Shown here: piece by piece, positions 10,101 through 22,656 of the stretch
Position numbering within the stretch: the stretch's first letter is position 1
How the letters are laid out: each line of letters opens with the position of its first letter
Source of the DNA: Epiperipatus broadwayi
Lineage: Eukaryota > Animalia > Onychophora
Reading direction: 5' to 3'
Assembly: GCA_028023455.1 (NCBI GenBank)
Contig: JAQFVV010000005.1
Coordinates: forward strand, 20,336,001-20,400,000
DNA length: 64,000 bases
Notes under the pieces: model-generated
Told to the model about the DNA's origin: nothing
Database searches by the model: none
The model's input: the letters and a program-made list of their open reading frames with translations, nothing else
Made by a program: the position numbers and the translations under genes

Positions 10101-12489
10101 TTTGATGTTTTGTTAATATATACCATTTTAGCTAATCAGAGAAACATGCTTACATTTAACATTAAATTGTTACTATTATAATGTAAATATTGGTTTGAAT
10201 ATCAGATCTATATAACTACACAATCAAATTGGTTTTGTTTTAAAATATTGGTGTTTTTTTAATTTCAGGATAATTAGCTAACAGTGACTCTGCTTCATTC
10301 CAAGGAATATATTGGATTCAATATAATTCTTTGTATAGTTCACTTAATATTCATAAAACAGGTAAATTATATTTGGGCAGCTACCAGTGATGATTATCAA
10401 ATATTTTTTTATTACATGATTGTAAGGCTCTTTGCTAAAAGACTGTTAGAGTCAACAAAATCTTCTTTCTAACTAATGACAAAGCAAATGGAAAACACCC
10501 AGAAGACTACAGTTACTGATGAGTGCTGCTTTACTGTTTGATAATAAATGACTCTTTCATATTAGTCAGTTTTGCAATAGATCAACTTTTTATATCTTTT
10601 AACAGATAGTTGTAGAAATTGAGACCTGCACAAAAAACCCAAGTCCTATTTTAATTGGCCAAACCTATTTTTTTTTGTTCTCAACCTAAAATCAATCCAG
10701 CAAACTGCTTCATTCACTGAGCAGACATCCCAGGACAGCAGATCATTAAGCACACATCTCACGATAAGCAAATACCTCAGGATAGCAAACCATTGAGCAA
10801 TAGATCACCAAGTAAACATCCTAGGACAGTAAATCCCTTATCAAACATAAAAATGTATCTGGTGTTTTATTACAGCTATAGAATAGTAAACTCCGAAGCT
10901 CACTAACTATGGATCAAAGATCCACTGTTGTCATTTCTAAGCTCAAACTTCTTATGTATTTCCAAGCAATAAACCACTTGAACACTTTTTTTCTAACAAC
11001 ATACAACATGTTGCCCTTGCTTGAACAGACTTTGTCCTTTTATAAGAATTGATAAAAGAGTTTGTGGATTTTTTTTGATATACATATTAAATTACGAAAT
11101 TGATATTTAAATTAAGACATGAAATAGTATTTCTAAATTAATTATTAGTACCTGTTGGTCATTGACCATTTGTTTATATTATTATTGTTTCATTAGTCAA
11201 CCTATTGAATTCTGAATCGAATCTAATTCTATAGTTTGGACATCTATTTTTGAGTTTCTGGTTAAGGTGAGTTCATAACAACTCATTAAAAAGTTAAGGG
11301 AGCAATGGGTTTAATACCTGTGACATCTATAAATGAGGACAGTTGTATAATATTCCACTTATGATTTTTTTATACCGCTTACAGGCCCAGTCACATTAAT
11401 TTGCACTGTATTTCTAGCTAAAAGTAGTTAATGACCCATTTACCAACCAATATTGAATGGCTATTTTAGTTTTTTTTATCAACCAGTTACTTGAAAAAAA
11501 TATTCTTAGTTATTAGTTTTATTCGATCTCTATGTCACAAGCTAACGCACCAATCACATAATATGCAAGCGAAATTTATTTTCATTAACGCCAGATTTAC
11601 AGATATATTTATTCCTGTATTTCTTATCTAGTAATTGCTTTTAATAATTTAGTTGTCCTTGGTGGAAAAGAATCTTACTTTCATATTTTTTCTTTGCCTG
11701 AAGGTTATTTCTCACTCTCATTATAAGAACAGTTTTTTATTACCTGCTAAAGAAGGCAATTAATGTAAATATCTTATTACGGAAGTTGTCCATAAAATGA
11801 ATTTTATTTTTCTTTATGATTTAACTTACGATTATTTTTACAACTTCTTTAAAGGCATTTCTCAGATTTTATTAAAATAAATAAAATTTTAAAAAAATAT
11901 TTATAATAATTTATAATGTCAATCTTTGCTTAAAATATTAACTTTATATATATATTTTTCCTTTCGCATTTTTTATTTTTTTTACCTTTCATAGCAAATT
12001 CAATTTAACTCTTAATTTTACAAAAAAAAAAAAGTTTTTAGGAGAGTTAGAATTAACAAAGTAAAAATAGTGTAAAATAATATATATGTAATTTATAATT
12101 AATATTACATAATTAATATAAAGGTAACAACACCTATGAACTTACAAGTAATCAGTTGATTTAATCCCTTTTGTAGAATATATATATATAATGTTTTCAT
12201 GGTTATATGATATAAATAAAGTATTTTGGGGATTAAATCATGTATTTTATATTACTTCCCAATATTTCGATAAAATAATATCTGCCATTTTCAAGGTCAA
12301 GTTTATTAAAAAAAATCCATTAGATCTCAAATAGTATTAAAACACGCAAAACTCTCTCTATACGTATTGAGTGTGAGATACAGAAGTGAGGTAGTTGAAT
12401 ATTCAGAATAGTAAATTAACAAAATGTTTATTTTCGTCAGTTTTACCATTAATTGATTTCAAGTTTATATTAAAAGAAATAAATAAAAT

Positions 12490-12652
12490 AAGTGGTCTTC
12501 ATAAGCTAGAATACTTTGTGCTTCATCGGCTTTATTTAAACCAGATGGTCTTTTTAATATTTCAATAGACTCCTTATGGTTTTCAAATCATACTTTTTCA
12601 AACTAGCAAATATTTTAGCATGATCAAAATCAGGTTTGTGACCAGTTTCTAA
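12490..12652 (-). pseudogene. Penelope-like element remnant: C-terminal part of the GIY-YIG endonuclease
   Basis: Translates, with stops and a frameshift, to ETGHKPDFDHAKIFAS...KESIEILKRPSGLNKADE. This resembles the PLE tail pattern H..ETGH.FDF....IL...R..KE.IEI....LN.D. Confidence 0.65.
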
Positions 12653-13047
12653 AAAAATATGAAGTAAAAGCTGATATATTTAATTTCTGAGTGAAAGTAT
12701 TTTTATGTTCCTTATATATATGTATGTGTGTGTTGATGTAAGATAGTTTTATACTTTTATAACAACTTTTAATATCAAATTTAAAAATAAAATACTAGAA
12801 TGAGGTATATCAAGAGATTGGAAAACTACATTCTCTATTGATTAAGGATTATAACTGGTTGTGACCCTCACTGCATTAATATTTTAAACTGTATTTCAAC
12901 AAAATATTTAACCCTTTTCTAAAAAATATCAAGTTAAAAATTATCTGTGTTGCATATTCTGAATTAATTTATCATAGCATGTGACTAGTTTAGATACTGA
13001 TGCTTGCATTGTTAATAAAATATTACTGATTATATATTATAGTTCAA

Positions 13048-13374
13048 TGTTATATATAGAGCTCGCAAAATAAGCTCTTAACAAGCTTTGAGAATATCTC
13101 AACCCCAGACCGGTTTCTGCATTTGGCATCATCAGTGAGGTGCCAGGATATTCAGCACTAGATTAAAAATACCAGGGCAAGCCCAGTACTTTATCTAATG
13201 CATAACTATAAAATAGAAAATCTGAAATTGTCAAACATCCATATGTCTTCCAATCCAGCTATCTAACTTAAATAGCCATATGGGACTGACAAGGTCAGAA
13301 GCAGAAACCAGTCTGGGATTGAGGATATTCTCAAAGCTTGTTAAGAGCTTACTTTGTGAGCTCTATATATAACA
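13048..13374 (-). mobile_element. Family-B fold-back element with minus-strand hammerhead
   Basis: Arms 13048-13120 and 13301-13374 are inverted. Minus strand 13140-13103 reads CCTCA-CTGATGA-TGC-CAAAT-GCA-GAAA-CCGG-TC-TGGGG (palindrome ACCGGT, GUC site). Confidence 0.8.
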
Positions 13375-15467
13375 TTTGTAAATACAAGCTTTATTAAATT
13401 AAGTCATGTGACATCTGACTTGATTTTTTATTATGTTATAGTTCAATTTATATCTAGATAATTAACATATAAAAATATTCTAAAATTCAAGATTTGCCTG
13501 TGAAGTATGGTGGAATTTGCGTATGTTATGCTAGTAAAATAGAAAGGCAATTGTTTTTAACTTCACAAGCTATTTTTTTTATTTCAAAGTTATTTTGATT
13601 ATATTGAAAAATATATTTAACAACAAATATAAAATATATTTTTATATCATGTTGCTCTAAAGTGTTAAGAGTTAATTTGTGCATTATGATAAAGTTGATT
13701 ATAACTACACTACACTAATAAAGTAAAGAAGTAATATTTATAATTTTTAAATTTGTATTTGTTTCCAGTTATTTTCATTATTTTGAAAGATATTTTTAAC
13801 ACTAAATTCAATATATATATATTTATAGAAGAATTTATGCTATTCTAGATCATGTAAAAAGATGAGAACTTTTTTGTTTCTTTAAATAAATGCATTACAT
13901 GTAATTTTTTTTTGTTATTTTAATTAGATCTATAATATTTTTAATAATAATTGTGCTAAAAATAATTTTATTTTCTTACAAGCTGTAATCAAACTGAAGA
14001 ACACATATGTGAGTTTAATTTGATTATATTTACTTTTCTAAACAAGGATTAACTATTTACATTTACATTACAAATACCATTTTATATAAATTGTTTCATA
14101 GCTAATTTGAAAAACCAACCGGTGAAATGGATAATAGTACTAACCTAAACATACCCCTAGCTGAGTTTGCTTATAGTTCTAGGCTTCACAGCTATGGCTG
14201 ATATTCAAATAGAAGTTGAGTCAGATATTTTTAAAGTACAGATGGATCATACTTTATATGAGTAATTCATTCTGTTATTTTTCATAATTTCAGAATATTA
14301 TTAAAATAATTAACAAATAAATTAAGCTTTATATTCTATCACAAAAGAGATTCCAAAGCATGAGATTAAACATTGCACTGCTGATCTAGGAATCATGTGA
14401 TTTTAAATTTTTGTATATATACCAGGAACTTTTTTATATAAGTTCAAATAAGCCAGCATATGAGTATAGCCAATAAACTCAAGATTTTCTCAGGTAGCTG
14501 ATTCATAACCAATTCATGTGGCCATTTACTAGTGGCCAGTAAAAAGTACATAACTAATACTAGCTGAAAGTTATATAATTTAATTAGGTTTTAAATATAT
14601 TGGCAGATCCAAGAAAAGACCAGTGCAACAATGTATATTCAAAACAATAAATTATTTAATAATCCCTTATAAAATATACAATTAAACAAAAAGCTCTTTA
14701 TACTAATGCCATCTATAGTAAACTTGAGTAGACAATGATTTCCAGATAATAATGCATTCAAATCCCCATCTCCATATCAATCTGTAGTTCTTCCTTTTAT
14801 TAATGAAAACTGGAATTCAAAGCTAGAAATAATAAAGTTATGTATCTAGCAACAACCTTTAACTCTATTTTTATTATTCAAGCTAGGTTTTGAAGTCAAT
14901 AAAATCTGATTGAACAGTTATATAGAACTAACTTCAAGCCTGTATCTATATATTATTCTCAGTTCTTTATTGACTACAGGCATCTTTTGTCTCTAACTAA
15001 AAATATTAATGATAACAACATAGTTGACCTAATATATAAAAAAAATGGTAGCAGTTCTCTAGTCTAGTATGTTCTATAGTAAGCTTGAATAATCTGTGAT
15101 TACTAAGTGGTTCAAGCCATGAACCTGCCTACCCAACTATTTCTTTCATTCTTTTCTCCATGTAGTTTTTGTAATGTAACATACATGTGATTGATGAGGT
15201 AGGACAGTAAATGAAATTCCACTTTCAAAAAATAAATACTTTTTTTCAATTCTTAACTCATTATTATTAATTTTTCATTCTGATATTTATTAGAACAAAA
15301 AATCCTATGCTCTTTTGAGTAATGTCTTTAATTAATACAAAGATAAGAGAAAGTATCTGATTAATTATAAATGGAAGTAATTAACTACTTTCTTAAACCA
15401 GCCAGAAGAAGAACAAAGATCACATATATATTTATTCTTAATGCTTACAGCAGTTGTACAATTTTTT

Positions 15468-15573
15468 TTTCCATGTCATAGCATCGGCTGGGAGGTGAAC
15501 CTGTAACAACTGTCTGCAATCAACTGCTTTCTTGCAAGGTAGCTGCGCTGACCTCTTGGCTAACAACACTTGA
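15468..15573 (-). mobile_element. tRNA-Gly-derived SINE, copy 2
   Basis: Same family as 1779-1869, with the variable-arm insertion. 17-bp direct repeat CAGTTGTACAATTTTTT at 15451-15467 and 15574-15590. Confidence 0.9.
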
Positions 15574-15715
15574 CAGTTGTACAATTTTTTGAAGTTCTAA
15601 AACACTGATTGCAAAAAGTGCTGATAAAAAATAATGTTCATATAAGGCTTTATATGTATACATATAAGTCAGTAGGGAATTTATGTGACCAAGAAGAAAA
15701 ATTTGATTTTTTTAA

Positions 15716-15822
15716 TGACAGCATTGGTGGTTGAGAGGTTACCATAGCTGCCTTAAAAGCAGTTGTCCTGGGTTAGCGGGGTTCACTTCCTGGCCGATGC
15801 TATGACACATGAGAAAAAAAAA
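15716..15822 (+). mobile_element. tRNA-Gly-derived SINE, copy 3
   Basis: GCATTGGTGGTTGAGAGGTTACCATAGCTGCCTTAAAAGCAGTTG...GGGTTCACTTCCTGGCCGATGCTATGACAC plus an A tail. Confidence 0.85.
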
Positions 15823-15949
15823 GGAATAAAATCTTTCTCTGAATTCTTCGAATCTAATGTTAAAGCATAAGCATTAAGTAAATGGATATAGGTTCCACTG
15901 TTTTAACATCATTAGCTTTTTATTGATACTTCAAGGAATTCAAGAATTT

Positions 15950-16930
15950 TGTTGACATATTGCTTCTAGTCATAGATGAAAGATTACCAAGAACTCAATG
16001 TGGTCTTTGCAAATTAAAAAGCATTACAGACACAATTTTCATTGTTCAGACAAATGTAAGAAAAGTAACCAAAAGAATAGTTTATATAGTGCTTTTATTG
16101 ATTTGGTCAAGGCATTTGACTTATTTAATTGAAAGGTCTGTGGCACTGTATGAAATTAATCAGTTGTACACCAATATTTAATCTTAATAAACAGTTTCCT
16201 CATGGTGGAGTAAAAGGAAGGATTCTCACTATAGGTGGACAATCCGAGATATTTGAAATGAAAACTGGTATTGAACAGTGATGTATTTCTCCAATATTGA
16301 ATCAATTTTTATGACAGTGGTCTTTGGAACTGTATATTGGGACTTAATGAATTAAGAATCAAGATCCAATATAGTCTTGATGGTGGCATTTTAAAATTGA
16401 ATTGATTTTAAAATAAAACAAAAATATCTTATTGGCTCCGAATTTATAGTGTGCTTATAATTGTTTTTGCCAATTTAAAAGATGATCTAAAGAAGGTACT
16501 TAATGTTTTGAAGGCTTGTGCAAAAATTTTGGTTTAACAATTAATTCTCACTCAAATTCTTTATCAGTCAGTGACGGGGTAAAATAAATCAATTTTTATC
16601 TTGGATGGTTATCAACTTACAAAATATGAGCCAATCTACATAATTAGATCACTTTTAAGTAGAAAATTGATCTTAGATGTTGAAGTGCACCACAGAGACT
16701 AATGTATTGTTGCTGATAAAAGATATATTATTTTATTGTATTGAGATAATTTCTGAACAAAATTATGTGAATATAAACCTGTAATGTTTTAAAATTTTTG
16801 TATGGAAGTGGAACATGGACTATCTATCAACATAACATAAAGGTATCAAAAAATCTGTAAAAATTTAAATATGCAATGGCAAAATCATTAGACCAATCAT
16901 TATATTCTTCAACTTGCTAGATTGATAGTA
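15950..16930 (+). pseudogene. Degraded RTE-clade (BovB-like) LINE reverse transcriptase
   Basis: ERLPRTQCG...TDTIFIV...LYSAFIDLVKAFD...G..QGC.SP, aligned from memory to RTE RT motifs (LPESQCGFR, FVDLTKAFD). Many stops and frameshifts. Confidence 0.75.
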
Positions 16931-17457
16931 TAGCCTACTATTCTAAAATCACATCTTCATTCAATTGAAGATTCATGATTTAAATAAGCATGGGATGTTA
17001 TCATGTGATTATGTGTATATGTATAAAAAAATTCCACTTTACACACTTCAAATACATGAATAAAAACCTCAGAAAAAGAGACAAATGGCTCTCAAAGGTA
17101 TTTTAGACAAAAAAAAATGCATTTTAAACGGAACCAGCACTTGCCCATTGATCACAGCCATAATCTCTTTCATAAGTCTTCATCATGGTCTAATATTTAT
17201 TTATAGAATATTAATACATATTTAAAGATACTATTTTTTTGCACGCATTCATTTAATGACATCATTTTAGCCAAACATATTAATGATATTTAATAATTAT
17301 TTATTATAACATTAATTGGTAGTTTTCAATTACATGTACTGTGGCTGCTAGGTGATGCTGCAGAACCACCAAGAAGTTTGCCATCCTTTTGTCCATTTAT
17401 GTGTATTATCTTAAATATAATTTAAAACTTCTACTTTATGTCCTATGTTTAAAATAC

Positions 17458-17523
17458 CTGAATAAGAACAAATGACTCCTTGTCCAACCAAGATGAATTT
17501 CTGGCTGAACCAGCATTTTTCAA
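17458..17523 (-). CDS. Putative 66-bp phase-1 exon (EKCWFSQKFILVGQGVICSYS)
   Basis: Acceptor ATATTTTTCAG| and donor CAG|GTATTT. Stop-free and GC-richer than its flanks. Confidence 0.4.
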
Positions 17524-17989
17524 CTGAAAAATATTTCAATAGAGTCATTATGAGAATAGAACATAGTAAGATCCTTATAATGTAGCATGAAGCATATTCT
17601 CCACTATTCTCTTAACCTAAGGTTCAATTCCAGTAAAATTTGAACATTTTTCAGAATGTTAAAATATCCAAGGAAGTTTAGGATTTTTTTTCAGATAACC
17701 CATCTTTAAGCAATCTCCACTAGCCATTTAAATTCTTGACAGATAAATGAATATCTTTTTGATTAAAGAATAAAACAACAACAACAAAAAACTATAAATA
17801 AAATTCATTACTTTATGGTGTTGCTGCAGATTGTTTAAAATAATGTAAGATTAATTATCAAGATTGCAAATATTAGATTATTCTTTAAATCATGTATTCC
17901 TTTTCACTTTTCTTTAAAAAAAAATACAAATAAATAAATTGCATACAGGTGATTAAAAAAAACCTCTTCTGATGATGATCAAATGGAAT

Positions 17990-18670
17990 TCTTCTGTGAA
18001 ATCCACTGACTCTGTTCTCACACTAATATTGACTGAATGTTACACTTTTGTGAATCCTATTGACTCTATACCCACTAAGATAACAGAGTTATTCTAATAT
18101 GATGACTATTAACTCTGACTCCTATCAATAATGGTTAATTGTTACACAACTCAAAAGTCAATTGACTCTATACATTGAGTGATTGAGTGTTATACTGGAA
18201 GATTACAAATTCTATATTCCCATTAATAATGAGTGAGTGAGTGTTGAATTTCATGTAAAGAAACAGGTCCTGCACCTTCACCAATGATTATCAAATGTTT
18301 CCCTATAGTGAACATTAGTGACTATGTATCTCGACTACTCTCTTTGCTCATCAATGATGATTGGGTTTTACCCACTTGTGAAGACTCCAGACTCTGTGTT
18401 CTTACCAATGGTGATCGAAAATTATCCTATTGTGAAGTCCACTAATTCTGTACATCTGTAAATGATTGCTACCTTTTTATGAAAATTACTGACTCAAGGA
18501 TGATGGAGTTACCCTCCTGTACTCTCACCAATGATAATTGTTACACTTTTATTAAGCCACTGACTCTGTATTCTTTGAATGCTGATTGGATGTTAGCCTT
18601 TTTTGGAGACCAGTAACTTTGTACTATAGAGTATATACTATATTGTGAAGAATACTGACTCTGTATTTCT
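17990..18670. repeat. Degenerate minisatellite, ~50-55-bp unit
   Basis: Recurring (C/T)TGACTCT(G/A) cores near 18006, 18060, 18109, 18162, 18387, 18441, 18490, 18560 and 18656. Approximate unit TGTGAAGTCCACTGACTCTGTACTCTCACCAATGATGATTGG-TGTTACCC. Confidence 0.65.
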
Positions 18671-18712
18671 TCTTCTGAAGTTTTCCGATTCGGCCTTCAG
18701 GCTAAAAATTAC

Positions 18713-18778
18713 CATTTATCATATTTAATCTGCAGCGAAGATTCAATGATTTTTTTCCCCATTCTACAGAAATCTCAT
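18713..18778 (-). CDS. Putative 66-bp phase-1 exon (EISVEWGKKSLNLRCRLNMIN)
   Basis: Acceptor TTTTAATTTTAAG| and donor ATG|GTAATT. Only the phase-1 frame is open, and it joins 17523 in frame. Confidence 0.4.
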
Positions 18779-19650
18779 CTTAAAATTAAAATCCACACAA
18801 GTTCATGTTAAATTAAATCTTGTTATTCCTTCAAACGTTTTCATTTTTTTTTTTGCCCGGGAAATCTTGTTTCAATAATTTATTTTTCAAGTTGGATAAT
18901 AATTTTGAATGTTATTAAAATTATGTAATTTTTATATTTTAAAAAAATACTGCTGATCTCAGTAGATTTTAGGAGAAAACATTTTATGACGGTAATAAAT
19001 CCAAACTTGATTTCTATGATTCAATTTTGTAGTAATAAATCAAAAACAAACGAGAAACTTGCAATTAATTTTATTCTAAACTGTAACGTCTTGCCGCCAA
19101 CTTTTTCTTTCATCAATTTAAAAAGACAATACAATTATGCCAAACAAAATCAAATCATTTCTCCATAACTAATTAAAATAAAATGTGATTAACCAATCAC
19201 GATTAATAGTACTGATACATACAAAATATCATAATTTCATCCACATATAAGCAAGTATTATTAAATCTTAATGACAGTGGAAATGACAGATGGATACACA
19301 CTTCCATTCTGAATTCAAATCTCGACAAACTTGAAAAATACTTAACTTTTACCATCTGAAAACGGAAAGCCTTAGTAGTAATGCTTTCCTTTTGTGTTTC
19401 TCTTTAAAGGATTATTAGAGAAACATTTGTTCTATAGTGAGTTATTTAAAAGCTGTTTTACCCTTTCTTACCAGCAAGTGTTTTATAGCAGCTGGAAAAA
19501 CACAATCTGAGGTCTCATTGTAATAATTGACTTCTCACTTAAGATATTTATATTGGTATATGGGCCCTTCCTTTTACAGTATTAGTATTTATTGCAGGGG
19601 AACTCTTTCAAATGAATACTAACATTACAAAAAGAGAGAACCATACATAC

Positions 19651-19704
19651 AAATAAAGATTGAAGAACTTCCTCTCCAGTAATTTGTAGTTTTTACTATT
19701 CTGC
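19651..19704 (-). CDS. Putative 54-bp phase-1 exon (RIVKTTNYWRGSSSIFI)
   Basis: Acceptor TTTACAG| and donor TTT|GTATGT. Open in phase 1 and joins 18778 in frame. Confidence 0.35.
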
Positions 19705-19709
19705 CTGTA

Positions 19710-20123
19710 AATCTATTATTATAAAGTGCTGAAAACTTTGAAATTATTCAAACGGAAGTCAATCTCCGATAATGCACTATTTCTTAAATATTATAAATCT
19801 ATGCGCACTCTCCCGCCAGTAAGAGTTTAAAAAACTTAAGTGAATCACTTAAGTTTAGAGTGTACATTCTATATACACCAACTCTCCTGTGATGGTTTAA
19901 ATAGATTCGTACAATTGAATATTTGATTATAACATCAGGCACACAATAGACTCAAGCCCTGATTTAAGCATGGTCTGTAAGAGTTGGTGTATATAGAATG
20001 TATGCTCTAAACTTAAGTGATTCACTTAAGTTATTTAAACTCTTACTGGCAGGCGAGGGTGCACATAGATTTATAATATTTAAGAAATAGTGCATTATTA
20101 GAGATTGACTTCCATTTGGATAA
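19710..20123. mobile_element. Fold-back insertion with ~145-bp inverted arms and a 13-bp direct repeat
   Basis: Arms at about 19743-19890 and 19975-20124. TATTCTGCCTGTA at 19697-19709 and 20124-20136. Each arm has an internal AACTTAAGTGA/TCACTTAAGTT hairpin. Confidence 0.8.
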
Positions 20124-22544
20124 TATTCTGCCTGTAGTAGTCTTAAAATGAAGGTTAATAAACATATAGTTGGTGAACCAAAATTATGTATCTATATTGT
20201 AACGGAAAAAATGACTTTTGTGAACAGAAATGGTTTTTGATGGAAATTCTTATTTGTTGGTTGATTTTATTAGTTTTCTTAGTTCTATTATTTTATTTAT
20301 TTTTATCTTACAACATTTTATTTTCACTTACATTTATCATTTTATTCTCTTTTTATCAATTTAATTAATAGCCAATGCCGTTACAATGCAAGCAAAGAGC
20401 AAATACAGATACAAATTTACTTCATATCTGTACCATTGACCGAACCCCGAGGCAATACGTACATATTATCTTGGCGTTATATTTCCTGGCCAATAGCTCT
20501 TGGCTGCTGAACAAAGCAAAACTATTTCCAAGAAATTTACAAATGTCCAGCGCTTGCTATTTATTTTATTTAATTGGGAAGATTCTCACAAACAAGCAGC
20601 ACACGAATACCTTAAAAAAAAACAGCCTTACCCTTTAATCAATAAATTACAGTTTCCCCCCTGTTGTAGCTTGGTGATAGGAGAATAAAGCAAGTGCAAA
20701 CACTTTAAATATAATGAATAAATGTGTTTAATAACACTCACACACATATATAAAAAAAATACATGATAACAATAATAAAAAATTACACACTTATATAAAC
20801 TACATAGCAATGATAAATAGAGGAACACATATTGAATATTAAAGTTACGTATTTAAGTTCTCCTGAAGTTATATTGGGCAGTGTTCTAAGTCTATCAAGA
20901 TTATTCCTTCCTAATTAGATTTTATTGTCTGGTTCTTTCCTTCTTTATTTATTTGCGAATATAAAAATAAAAATGCATGCATGCTTTTTACCTAGGTTTT
21001 CATTGTAGTTGTTTCCATGGGCATTTCCTTCGATCGCTCTTTACCGTCCAGTGGGAGATCATCCCTTTTTTTTGTAGAGATGGTATATCCTTCACTGTCG
21101 GCTGGATTGATTTTCTCTCTCAGTTTGTGGGGTTATTTCTCATTCCAGTTTTTTTTACTTCTTGTTGATTCTTTAGGTAGATCTTAAGTTGTTCAGTCAC
21201 AGAAGCGGCGGTATCTCTAGCAGGTTGGGCATAGATCTTACATTGTGAGTCAGTGGTGAGACGAATTGAATACGAACCCACGTCCCTTTAACGCCACTAG
21301 CCACACACTTCTTTCATTTTCTTTTTGCTGTTGCTTCCTCAAAATCTCTACTCGGAATGAACAGATAATAATTGTAACTCTCTTACTGTCTTTATTTTGT
21401 TCATTGTTTTTATAAATTTTTAATTAATGTTTTAGATTTTCCGATGAACTCTTATCAACCTATTTGTTTAATTAGTGGCTGGAATGTAGGTTTTAATTAA
21501 TTTAGCTGTAATTATAAGCTTTTCTTTGTTATATATTTTTCTTTGTCCGAGGAATTTAATTAGTCCAACAGACTTTAACACCTCTGATTTATCTGGCCAT
21601 ATTGTTCTTACATTATATATTACATTTAAATTTTACTTAAAAGTTTACAATTCATTTTCAAATTTATGTTTATAATTTTTTTTTTTAAACAAGAGAAAGA
21701 GACGCATTTCTTTATGCACCCCCCTCCCTTTCTCTTACTATTACAAAATCCAAAGTAATTTCGACATTTGAATTTCAACTTTTTTCTTTCTTTCTTTTTT
21801 TTAAAATTTAGTAGCTAATCCATTTACCTTTATTACTTTCTAGTAGCTAAGTTATCTAATTTTATTAATAAATATATATGTGTGACGACGACTTTACGTG
21901 GCCGTCACAATATGTAGGGTTAACAGACATCCTACTTTAATGCCAATAGCATTAGACAACTCTCTCATACGCTTATTCCTATACTTCCAAAAACCAGTTT
22001 TTTCATCCTACTTTGCAGCCATCTATTGTAAATCTGAGTGTCATTGGTCACCAGAGAATCCTAATTTAGAAGAACAAATTTTATAATTTGTCTTTTGATC
22101 CTTTATTCTCCTATTTTGGAACAAACCAACAGCATACCTTATTTTTATGGTTTTGAATTTTAATTTTCAGTTAAAAAGAAATAGTACAATATGTCTGTTA
22201 AATGAGACTTTGACACTGAAATGTCTACATAAGAGAAATTACAACTGACAATTTGAAGTCTATGAATCAAACTGAATAATCACTAAACAAAAAGTGATTT
22301 AAATATTTTCAAACAATAGACACTTCAGCACATCATTCAGAATTCCTTAAATTTATTAATAAATATTCAAAATACTATCCATAATGCCACTATTGTGAGA
22401 ATATTTTATTTAGTGAAATCACCATGACCATTACAAATGAAAAAAAAAAGCTCATTGAAAATGTCAAAAGCACCCATATTCATTGTTTTAAAATCCACTG
22501 AATTACTTATCCATTATTAAAAATATTAAAACTTAAAAATAGTG

Positions 22545-22656
22545 GAGCATTGGTAGCCGAGAGGTCAGCACAGCTGCCTTGCAAGCAGTTGCTTGCAGAC
22601 AGTTGTTGCAGGTTCGCTTCCCAGCTGATGCTTTGGACATATGGGGGGAAAAAAAA
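22545..22656 (+). mobile_element. tRNA-Gly-derived SINE, copy 4
   Basis: GCATTGGTAGCCGAGAGGTCAGC...GGTTCGCTTCCCAGCTGATGC-TTTGGACAT plus a G/A tail. Confidence 0.85.

Noticed and set aside
14750-15230. Possible decayed APE domain on the minus strand (GDLNA)
   Set aside because: Only one short motif is recognisable.
17348-17409. Alternative terminal exon (DNTHKWTKGWQTSWWFCSIT*) after the 17458 exon
   Set aside because: In frame, but it needs a 48-nt intron with a weak acceptor. Not excluded, but not supportable without RNA data.
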